Below are positions 53,854 through 64,000 of a DNA stretch of 64,000 nucleotides, piece after piece (position 1 is the first letter of the stretch; each line of letters opens with the position of its first letter). This stretch comes from Octopus sinensis (Eukaryota). The position numbers and the translations under genes were made by a program. The DNA lies in assembly GCF_006345805.1 (NCBI RefSeq), contig NC_042999.1:55552001-55616000 (forward strand). Reading direction: 5' to 3'. The notes under the pieces are model-generated. The model was not told the DNA's origin and did no database searches. It saw only the letters and a list, made by a program, of their open reading frames with translations.

Positions 53854-53884
<31 letters not shown>

Positions 53885-53897
53885 TACATACATACAT

Positions 53898-53932
<35 letters not shown>

Positions 53933-54195
53933 TACATACATACATACATACATACACACATACATACATACCACATACATACAACATAGAATACATACAT
54001 ACATACACACACATACAGACATACATACATATACATACATACACACACACATACTACATACATAATACATACACACATACATACATACATACATACATAC
54101 ATACATACATACATACATACATACATACACACATACACACATCATACATACATACATACATACATACACACACACACATACATACATACATACAT

Positions 54196-54235
<40 letters not shown>

Positions 54236-54290
54236 ACATACATACATACATACATACATACATACATACATACATACATACATACATACT
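52445..54290. repeat. Long degenerate (TACA)n/(CA)n field interrupted by one insert
   Basis: Direct reading. Confidence 0.92.
53199..53689 (-). mobile_element. ~490-bp non-coding insert within (TACA)n, possibly RTE-derived
   Basis: Sharp junctions with (CATA)n on both sides. Contains CTCCTAG-cctttgttagggcattctt-CTAGGAG-AAGGTAACTC, which I recall as resembling RTE/Expander 5'-UTR motifs. Confidence 0.5.
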
Positions 54291-54540
54291 TAGCTCGAAG
54301 CAAGTTAGAGGTCGCATATAACATTGACAATATGGAGCCAGCAGAAGGACCAGGACAGAGCCCAGCTGTATGAAACCAAGGAAATCAATGAGAGACCGTT
54401 TGGTAAGTGGAATAGGCGTCGTTGTTGTTTCCGTGTGAGCTCCCTTACTGACCCCTAACCATCAACAGAGCCCTTGAAAGGACAGTAACTGAAACCTAGC
54501 ATTTCAAATAGTTTTAGAAAGGTTTTCAGTCTCATATGTA

Positions 54541-54890
54541 GGCGCAGGTGTGGCTCTGTGGTAAGACGCTTGCTTCCCAACCACGTGATTCTGGGTTCAG
54601 TCCCAGTGCGTGACAGCTTAGGCAAATGCCTTCAACTAATGCTTCGGGCCTTGAGCCGAGCCTGAAGCCTTGTGAGTGGATTTGGCAGTCGGAAACTGAA
54701 GTGAAGCCCGTCGTATATATACATGTACATGTGTGTGTGTGTGTGTGTGTGTGGACAGATAGAATAAGCCCCAGGCGTCCAGGGAGAAAAATTACTGGAG
54801 TCGAGTCATTCGACTCAAAGTTCTTCAAGGCGGTGCCCCAGCATGGCCACAGTCTAACAAATAGAACAAGTAAAAGATGTAAAGATAAAT
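54541..54890 (+). mobile_element. CORE-type tRNA SINE, near full length
   Basis: ggcgcaggtgtggctctgtggtaag head, gggttcagtccc B-box-like motif, ggaaactgaag..gcccgtcgtatata, ggcggtgccccagcatggcc tail. Confidence 0.85.
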
Positions 54891-55009
54891 ATATTTTAGA
54901 AATTTGAGAATTATATCTATCTGAGAAGGGATTTGATCTGAGACTGTGCTGTTTCAATTGAAGCAGCCCCATCAAGGAAGAGCTGTTTATCTCCTATCAT
55001 GGGTTTATG

Positions 55010-55705
55010 GCGAAGAAACTCACTTTGCAGCCATGTGGCCTCGGGTTCTGTCTCACAGCGCGGCACCTTGAGCAAGTGTCTTCTATTATAGCCTCGGAAT
55101 GACCAATGTCTTGGGAGTGAATTTGGAAAACAGAAACTTCCCGGTGTGCGGGAAGATCACCGAGAGTGAAGCATTCCTTAGCTTTTGTTAAAGCAAGTAC
55201 CTAAGGGAAGGTCGTGCAGGGATTGGCATCGGACATTTTGAGGCTGTTTTGCTTGCGCTTGGGATCGTGGTGCTCCCACATTCCTGAGCCTACGACCCAT
55301 ATTGACACTGGGTATCATGACCTGGCTTGTCCCTGGTTCATGTGAACAGAGTGAGCAGGGTTTGTAAGGTGTTGTGCAGACCTTACCAGACCTAACATTT
55401 TAGGTTGTGCAATCACCGGGGAGGTGGCTATCCGATGCCTGATTGAGTTGGAGGTCGCTGCGGCGAGCATAGAAGCCGCAGACACGAACCCGGTTACACC
55501 CGGGTAAAGCCGACTGCTGGTATATTAATCTGATGCACGGGCATCGCTGGTATTTTGCATGGGCGATGGTCAGTGATTATCATCCTCAGTCACGAGTGGA
55601 CATATAGGTGAACGTGTGATTGTGTTTCTGCTTGTCAATCATCAACGCCTGACGACTTCTGTTGGATTTTCACACCCCAGTAACTTAGCGGCTCGGCAAA
55701 AGTCC
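55010..55705 (+). mobile_element. CORE-type SINE split by a ~530-bp unclassified insert
   Basis: ggcaccttgagcaagtgtcttcta head/core to 55135; the SINE 3' domain ccccagtaacttagcggctcggcaaaag resumes at ~55675. Confidence 0.6.
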
Positions 55706-55947
55706 ATTGACAACTATGGAACTATGTCAGTGATGTGTGACGCCTCATGAAATACAATTGAATTTAAAGTTGTGTGTTTTATGAGACTTCTCCGATGTAA
55801 TATTTTATAAAAACTCTCAAATAACTTATAAAATGTCTCGATATATTACAAAACCGAGAAAGTATTTATTACGGCCTTTTAATACTTCCTTTTACAAAGA
55901 CTCTCTTGCTCTACTTCTCTTCTTCTCCCTCCTTTTCCGCTCTCTCG

Positions 55948-55995
<48 letters not shown>

Positions 55996-56099
55996 ACATG
56001 CACATGCATATATGTGGTGCCTATGTATATGTCTCTTCTGTATTTAATTATTCAAATTCTTCCTCTGAAGAATGGGTTGGTTTCTAACAAAGATACGAA

Positions 56100-56776
56100 G
56101 TATATATGTATGTGTGTATGTAAGTATGTATGTGTGTATGTATGTATTTATGTATGTATGTGTGTATGTATGTATGTGTGTTTATGTGTGCATGTATGTG
56201 TGTGTGTATGTATATATGTATATATGTATGTATGTATGTATGTGTGCATGTATGTATGTGTGTATGTGTGTATGTATGTATGTATGTATGTGTATGTATG
56301 TATGTATGTATGTATGTGTGTATGTATGTGTGTATGTGTGTATGTATGTATGTATGTGTGTGTATGTATGTATGTGTGTATGTATGTATGTGTGTGTGTA
56401 TGTATATATGTATATATGTATGTATGTATGTGTGCATGTATGTATGTAGTGTATATGTATGTATGTGTGTAAGTATGTATGTATGTATGTTTGTTGTATT
56501 TGTGTATGTATGTGTGTACGTATATATGTATGTATGTTGTGTATGTATTATGTATGGTATGTATGTATGTAATGTATGTAATGTAATTTATGTATGTATG
56601 TATTATGTATGTGTGTATGTAGTATGTATGTATGTATGTGTGGTATGTATGTATGTGTGTATGTATGTATGTATGTATGTATGTATGTATGTATGTATGT
56701 ATGTATGTATGTATGTGTGTGCATGTATGTATGTATGTATGTATGTATGTAATGCACTTATGTGTGTGTGTGTGTG

Positions 56777-56818
<42 letters not shown>

Positions 56819-56830
56819 GGAGAGAGAGAA
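56100..56830. repeat. (TATG/TG)n then (AG)n microsatellite field
   Basis: Direct reading. Confidence 0.92.
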
Positions 56831-57244
56831 ATAAGGAAGCCAATTTCGATACCCACGGCTTCGATTCTTTAAATCCACACTTTGAATGTGATTCGTCGAT
56901 GTCTCCGCAGTTTATAACACTGCCTTGAATCTGAAATAATCTCAGAATTCCGATTCAGATTTGAATCTACTTCTTTAACAAAAAGTAATTCGATAGCCTC
57001 AGTAATACATACATTGCAAGTCTTAAAAGAAATAACTCGATTGCCTCAGTAGCCCAAATCGAATCGTCCGTGTATTGACATATACTTCCTTACGACAAGG
57101 TAAACTTCATCTAATCAAGATACCCTTGGCCTGAGGAGTAGCCTGTGGTATAACGTCGTTTAGATATTTACCACTTTTGAGGTTCCACTCGCTATGAAAA
57201 ATATGTAAAACCCGGATCTTATTTACTCAATTCCTTAACTCTTG

Positions 57245-57510
57245 TGTGTATATACCAGTGTGTGTGTGTGTGTGTGTGTGTCTTTGTAGGTGTCTGTGTT
57301 TGTCCTCACCATTACCGCTTGATGAGCGGTGTTGGTGTGTTTGCGTCCCCGTAACCTAGCGCTTCACCAAAAGAAAATGGCAGAATAAGCAGCGGGCTTT
57401 AAAAATAAGTACTGGAGTTGATTCGTTCAACGAAACATTCAAGCCGGTGCTCAAGCATGGCCGCAGTCTAATGACTGAACAAAAGTTAAAGAATAAAAGA
57501 ATAAAAGAAT
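57245..57510 (+). mobile_element. CORE-type SINE 3' half
   Basis: gtgtttgcgtccccgtaacctagcg...ggtgctcaagcatggccgcagtctaatgactg. Confidence 0.75.
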
Positions 57511-58149
57511 ACATCTGTCATATGCATGTATCAACGTTTGTATGTTTAGTGTATATATGTATATATATGTTTACGTGTGCGTATGTATAAGTGAATGTTT
57601 TGTATACGTTTGTACGCGTTTATTTCTGTAAGTGAATATTTTTTTAATTATAAACAGACAATTTTTTTTATTAAATTCATTTTACCATTAATTACTTATT
57701 TTGGGTATACATCTTTTTTTTTCCATCTAACTAAAGTTAATCTTGATTTAAGGTTTTCTTCAATTTCCCATAATATGATTTTTAAATCGTAATATTTTAA
57801 TTTTACGTATATCACCGGTTCTTAAAAAGAATGTTAGCTGAGAGGACCAATGAAACAAAACCAATTTTCAAATGTGTATCTATCAATCTAAATTGTATAT
57901 TTATAAATATAACATTAACTTTCTGTTCTATTCTTAACCAAAACTGTCCGACGAAAGGGAACGTGGAACTCTGAGTGACAGTTTTTTGTGATGTTTTTAC
58001 AGCGTTAATAATAAAGCATATTACTCTACCTTCGGTATTCGAGTACTGTTTTTTTCCACCCGTGTTTCACATTTATGAGCTTATTCTGGTATAAATAATA
58101 TATATAATATAATATATAATATAATATATATATATATATATATAAATAT

Positions 58150-58204
<55 letters not shown>

Positions 58205-58472
58205 CTTACACACACACATACACACACACATATATATATATCATACATACATATGTAATATGTACATATATTTGCGAATATATAAATATATGTTTACATA
58301 ATTTACTTTCGCACCCGTTGTATCGTATATATAACATTGAAATACAGATGTATGCACACACATAAATACATACATTTTCCGAACTTTTCATTTTGTCGAC
58401 GGAAACAGCCGTTAATTTCCATGAATTTCTATACAATATTTTTACTATATAAACACTAAACTATATGCATGC

Positions 58473-58503
<31 letters not shown>

Positions 58504-58520
58504 TGTATATATGTGTGTGT

Positions 58521-58582
<62 letters not shown>

Positions 58583-58609
58583 CGTGTGTGTGTGCGTGTG
58601 TGTGTATGC

Positions 58610-58830
58610 ATGTAGTTGAAATTTACAGAAAAACAAAAGACGAAGACAGGTGTATAAACAAATAGCAGATGTTTTAGTTTGACGCTCGGGAAGGTGAGAA
58701 AGTCTTTTAGGTTTCGAGCCTACGCTCTTCAACAGAAAGGGACACGAAGAAATAAACAGAGAGAGAATTTTAAAAAACTTGTGGATTTAGCGGTCAATCA
58801 TGGCGCTTCTTGAACTTTTTTGAACTTTCT
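58610..58830 (-). mobile_element. Penelope-type pLTR relic with variant hammerhead-like motif (58704-58740)
   Basis: Minus strand: ccttt CTGTTGA A GAGC-gtag-GCTC GAAA CCT A aaag; same family as 27550. Confidence 0.55.
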
Positions 58831-59704
58831 GTTTTTTCTTACTCCGTAAGTTGTTACTTTTTCTCTCTCTCTCTCTCTCTCCCTTTCGTTTCTTTTCGTC
58901 CTCTCTTCTTTTCTTCTCCTTTTCTCTCCGTTTCATTTTTTCTTCTTTTTCTTCTTTTTTCTTTTTCTCCTCACACACCTTTTGAATTATGTGTGTTGTG
59001 TGTGTAGATGTTGTATGTACTATAGTATATCACATGCATATATCTACATGCATATATTTACATTTTACATATTATACATACATATATATAGATATATATA
59101 TATATATATAATATATATATTATAATATATAATATATATATATATATATAATGCATATACATACATATTGCTGTACTTTCGCAGTTCTTGCACTTCTTTT
59201 TCCTCATCTCCTCCATTTCGTACTCTCTCTTCAACTTCCTCTTCCGCCATCATTTTCTTCTTCTTCTTCTTCTTCTCCTCCTCCTCTCCCTGCTATACCT
59301 GTCCACAGAGAGGACCCAATTTATCCTCCCCTGCTATTATTACTTGAGACCATTAAGTTTTTATTTGTTGCTGCGTTATTTCGGAGAGCCATGAAATGTC
59401 ACAATAGTGACCTTCCACTGATTAACGCCAACGATTTCAAATAATGTCGGCCACAGTGTCATTCACCTCTGAAATAATCAAGGAAATACACGGCTATAAT
59501 TAGTCTTGCTTACGTCAACCCGGCATTAAAGAGCTGGAAATAACACAAAGTTGATTGTAACAATGAAACTAGTTACTTTTCACTATTTTCTGTCGTCAAA
59601 TCATGAGATAATTTTTTCGGGACAACAGAACGAAATATTAGGAAGACGTTCAGATCTCTTTGTATAGAGAGACCTGTATAGTATACGAGACGCAACTACG
59701 TCTG

Positions 59705-59850
59705 ATTGGTTAACAAGCCCGCTGTGAAACCACGGGATTTAGGCTTCAGTTCCACCGGGCGGCACCATGGGCAAGTGTCTTCCGCTACAGACCCGACCCG
59801 AATAATGTCTTGTAAGGGAATTTGGTTGACCGAAACTGTATATATGTGTG
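59705..59850 (+). mobile_element. CORE-type SINE 5' half followed by an expanded (GT)-rich tract
   Basis: ggcaccatgggcaagtgtcttcc...atttggttgaccgaaactg. Confidence 0.6.
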
Positions 59851-59856
59851 TGTGTA

Positions 59857-59888
<32 letters not shown>

Positions 59889-60159
59889 GTGATTGTGGTT
59901 GTGTGTGTTTGTATGTATGAGTTTATATATGTGTGTGTGTGTGTTTGTATTTGTGTGTGTATGTTTGTTTGTGTATGTACGTTTGAGTTTATGTGTGTGC
60001 TTATATATGTGTGTGCTTGAGTTTGTGTGTGTATTTGTGTTTGTGTGTGTGTGTTTGTGTGTATTTGAGCTTATGTGTTTGTGTGTGTATGTTTATATTA
60101 TGTGTGTTTATATTTGTGTGTGTTTATGTGTGTGTTTGTGTGTGTGTTTGTGTGTGTGT

Positions 60160-60399
60160 GTTTATCCGTATATGTGTTTATCCGTATGTGTGTGTGTTTA
60201 TCCGCGTATGTGTATTTATCTGTGCGTGTGTGTCGTGTGTATGTTTATCCGTGTATGCGTGTTTATCCGTGTGTGTGTGTGTGTGTTTATCCGTGTGTGT
60301 GAGTGTGTGTTTATCCGTGTGTGCGTGTTTATCCGTGTGTGTGTGTGTGTGGTGTGTGTGTGTGTGTGCGTGCGTGTGTGTGTGTGTGTGTTTATCCGT
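60160..60399. repeat. Array of 10 GTTTATCCGT motifs with variable (GT)n spacers
   Basis: Copies start at 60160, 60176, 60196, 60214 (variant), 60243, 60261, 60285, 60309, 60327 and 60390. Confidence 0.9.
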
Positions 60400-60409
60400 G
60401 TGTGTGCGT

Positions 60410-60600
60410 GTTTAATGTTCGTAGGGAAAATACAATGTGGAAAGTGACTATATACGTGAACGATTCAAACTTAAAAACAAAGGAGAGAAGAGCGAACAAG
60501 CGTACATAAGTATCATAACTAATTTATGAGGTGATGCAGATGAGAATTTAACGTTTCGGACAATGTCCTTCGTTAAGAACAGAATTGAGGAAAGGAAGAA
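60410..60600 (-). mobile_element. Probable Penelope pLTR relic with degenerate hammerhead motif (60546-60580)
   Basis: Minus strand: TTAACGA A GGAC-att-GTCC GAAA CGT T; ACGT palindrome retained. Confidence 0.45.
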
Positions 60601-60851
60601 AAAAAAAACGAAAATAACGTTGGTTTTGGTGAAAGAACCCAGTGAATGGTAGAACAGTAATAGGTAGAGCAAAAATATGCAGACTTGTATTTTGCAAAGG
60701 AAATAAGTGAGATGAGCTTGATAGAATTTTAAGGGGCTATCGAATAGTTTATGTATATGTATGAGAATGTTGTGCAGGTGTGTGCATGTCTGTGTGCTAT
60801 GTTGCTGCTTAGATAACGGGAACAGAACGTAGGTGAGTATGCAACAGATGG

Positions 60852-61602
60852 GGGTAGCTTTTGGTTATCTCACCCCCATTAAAAAATTGGGTTAGCTCCT
60901 CTAACTAAAAAAAATTGTTTAACCCTCAATAAAACCAAAAAAAAATGAAAAAAATTAATAAACATGAAAAGTGAAAAAATTAAACATTGAATCTTTTTCT
61001 TTTATTGCTTTTACTTGTTTCAGTCATTTGACTGCGGCCATGCTGGAGCACCGCCTTTAGTCGAACAAATCGACCACAGGACTTATTCTTTGTTAGCCTA
61101 GTACTTATTCCATCTGTCTCTTTTGCCGAACTGCTAAGTTACGGGGCCGTAAACACACCAACATCGGTTGTCAAGCGATGTTAGGGGGACAAACACAGGC
61201 ACACAAACACACATATACATATACATATATGCAACGGGCTTCTTTCAGTTTCCGTCTATCAAATCCACTCACAAGGCTTTGGTCGGCCCGAGGCTATAAT
61301 AGAAGACACTTGCCCAAGGTGCCACACAGCGGGACTGAACCCGGAATCATGTGGTTGGTAAGCAAGCTACTTATCACACAGCCACTCCTACGCCAATAAT
61401 CTGATAATGTTTTTATAACAAATCCTACCATTCCTATTGACAGAGCCAAAAATGTCACCAATGTGTTGAAGTATTGAATCAAAAGGATCTAACTCTTTTA
61501 ATCCAATCTCTTGTTGTCACATAAACTCAATATTTTAGTGAGGAGATGACCCAATTTTTAATGGTAATTTTTTAATGGGGGTGAGATAACGAAAAAGTAC
61601 CC
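60852..61602. mobile_element. MITE-like element with ~65-bp imperfect TIRs and a nested SINE
   Basis: Left gggtagcttttggttatctcacccccattaaaaaattgggtta.ctcctc; the right arm at 61529-61602 is its reverse complement with a short duplication. AGATGG flanks both ends. Confidence 0.65.
60995..61394 (-). mobile_element. CORE-type tRNA SINE, full length, low divergence
   Basis: ggcgtaggagtggctgtgtg head, ccgggttcagtccc, ggcaccttgggcaagtgtcttc, tail cagtcaaatgactgaaacaagtaaaa. Confidence 0.9.
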
Positions 61603-61779
61603 AGATGGGTAATGTGAGATCAGAGAGTATGTGTGTATGTGTGATATGAGGGGTGTTACGTGCATAAAGGAAGTTTGTTGATTTATTTTTGAAAATGTCA
61701 AAGGGGAAAGCAATCCTCACTTCACTGTGTTTCACCGGAAAATTAATTACAGCTCTCGATGCAAACGAAAAGCAGAAGA

Positions 61780-62270
61780 TACATTATTTTGAAAAATGAT
61801 GCAGCAAACAATACGTATATAGATGTGTTTTGGAGACCTGAATGTTCTGGAGTTGCGTCAGCAAATCAACATAAGCCCCTTAAAAAGATAATCCAGTCGT
61901 CGTCCAGTTTATAAACCACACAAATGATATTTAATGGAATATGAGATATTCTTGGCTGCATAGACGAACGGTTGGTTACATGGAAGGAAGCCTTAAGTCA
62001 GTGTAGGATGGCGATGTCCCAGTCAAGGGGAACAGTATTGTAGCAGGAGCAGGAAAAGGGTTCAGATTTAATACAATGAGAAATGAAGGAAGAGGGGAAC
62101 AAAAGGCCACAAAAATTGCAGTCACATCTGTAAGAAGAGAGAGAAGATAGACAGGGAAAATATAAGTGATGTAGTTAGATTAGAGGAGGTGACAGTTTGA
62201 GAAGAGGATGCACCGGAGAGGTTTGATTACTTCTCAAGTAAATAAGGAAGCCATTATCTTTCTGTCTCTG
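61780..62270 (-). mobile_element. Decayed Penelope-like GIY-YIG fragment
   Basis: Minus strand: QPFVYAAKNISYSIKYHLCGL*TGRRLDYLF resembles N.IY.I.C..CG..YIGETGRRL..RF. Confidence 0.55.
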
Positions 62271-62678
62271 CTTGGCACCAAATCATATCATCTGGAAGCT
62301 GAAAGGTTAAAGTCTCTTTTAAAAACAGTCTAATCCTTATAGATAGAAGTCTCGGCTGATTAGCAGGCACAGTTAGACATGAACCAACAATTCTATGATT
62401 AAGTTCACTGAGTTTGGTCGCCATCTTAGATTGCTCCCTCACTTTTGTATTTATCTGTTTCTCGCTTTATTTGCTTCAAAGTACATACGTACATACACAC
62501 AATATATTCATAAATACATATATACACACACACATACATACACAAATACATACACATATATATATATATATATACGTGTGCGTGTATCTCTATATATAAT
62601 ATATATACATATGTGTATCTTATATATATATATATATATATTATATATACAATATATATATATATATATATATATATC

Positions 62679-62730
<52 letters not shown>

Positions 62731-63084
62731 ATATATATACAAGTAGATAAGTGGTGGTACAACAAGGTACCAATATTTACTGGAAAATAGCATCGTAATA
62801 AATACGACGCTATTGTAATAGCTTCACTGCGTATATACTAGCAAACGCGTGTGTGCAACAAACATGAAAAAAATTTGTCTTACCTCTAGAAAAAACATCT
62901 GATAAATGGACAACCTAGAAATCGGATAATGCAGGACTTGTTCTGACTCTCTTCAAATACGTTTGACAACGTAAATTTGATTAGTCTTCATCAGCTGCAT
63001 TTACCTAGACAAGATTTCAAATGTTGCCACATCAATACCAGTATACTCGTCTGAACGCCAAAATGTTAACAGAACGAGAACAGT

Positions 63085-63718
63085 GAATGAGTGAATGAGT
63101 AAGTGAGTAAGTGAATGAGTGAGTGAACGAGCGAGTGAGTGAATGAGCGAGTGAACGAGCGAGTAATTGAGTTAGTGATTGAGTGTGTGAGTGAGAGAGC
63201 AAGCGAGTGAGTGAGTGAGTGAGCGAACGAGTGAATGAGTGAACAGTGAGTGAGTGAGTGAGCGAGCGAACGAGTGAGTGAGTGAGTGAATGAGTGAGTG
63301 AGTGAATGAGTGAGTGAGTGAGTGAGTGAGTGAACGACTGAATAAGTGAATGAGTGAGTGAGTGAATGAGTGAGTGAGTGAATGAGTGAGTGGGTGAGTG
63401 AGTGAATGAATGAGTGAGCGAGCGAGTGAACGACTGAATAAGTGAACAGTGAGCGCGTGAGTGAGCGAGCGAACGAGTGAGTGAGTGAGTTAGTGAGTGA
63501 GTGAGTGAGTGGGTGAGTGAGTGAGTGAGTGAGTGAGTGAGTGAGTGAATAAGTGAGTGAGTGAACAGTGAGTGAATGAATGAGTGAGTGAGCGAGCGAG
63601 GGAACGACCGAATAAGTGAACAGTGAGCGCGTGAGTGAGTGAGCGAGTGAACGAGTGAGTGAGTGAGTGAGTGAGTGAGTGAGTGAGTGAGTGAGTGAGT
63701 GAATGAGTGAGTGAGTAA
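63085..63718. repeat. Degenerate (GAGT)n tract with higher-order variants
   Basis: Direct reading; recurrent gaacga(c)tgaataagtgaa blocks. Confidence 0.92.
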
Positions 63719-64000
63719 GGTATTTGGCATACAATGTGAGTGAAATGTCGCTATGCGACGATGTTTGTTGCCTGGTGTCATTTGCTGTTTGGCCTTTGTC
63801 AGCTGACGGCACCAAGGCGTCCATTTATTGACAGACAATGGAATCGCAAAAATCAGAAAACATCAACACATCTGCATTGTTCTTTGCACTAACAATTCCA
63901 CTCATTGTTTCCACCACAAATACTTATTGTAGAAATGGAACAGTAACAACCGATGTTGTTGTTGCTACTGCTGTTGTTGTGATTAATGACGTTAAGGTTG

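Noticed and set aside
52427-54330. Long ORFs (200+ aa) rich in H/T/Y/I or M/Y/V/C
   Set aside because: Translations of (TACA)n/(CA)n tracts, open in several frames on both strands; the same holds for similar ORFs at 14.4-14.9, 33.3-33.8, 48.8-49.4, 56.1-56.9 and 63.0-63.8 kb.
59290-59620. Unique, TAAT-rich stretch that might be a conserved enhancer
   Set aside because: No support without cross-species alignment.

Overview
AT-rich, microsatellite-saturated eukaryotic DNA. The SINE and LINE types and the repeat landscape point to a cephalopod, probably Octopus; this is recognition from memory, not a database match. No host protein-coding gene can be supported, so the window is intergenic or deep intronic. 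Nearly all long ORFs in the track are translations of simple repeats. Real coding relics are all from transposons: two large Tx1/L1-group LINEs plus a fragment, at least six R4/Dong-type LINE pieces, RTE and CR1 fragments, Penelope-like (GIY-YIG) pieces and a pogo-like DNA transposon. There are also Helitron/Helentron-type non-autonomous elements, MITE-like elements and about 20 tRNA-derived SINE copies. Most notable: (1) a ~283-bp element joining a tRNA-like Pol III head to a near-intact minimal hammerhead ribozyme (32099-32381, minus); (2) a 3.3-kb nest of five near-perfect inverted repeats around Penelope pieces carrying three distinct hammerhead-like motifs (11.7-15.0 kb); (3) apparent family-specific insertion into particular microsatellites (Dong in TAA, Tx1 in TCTA, an RTE-like element in TACA, Helitron and Penelope at AT). 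Coordinates were read by eye, and element ends may be off by tens of bases unless a motif is quoted.
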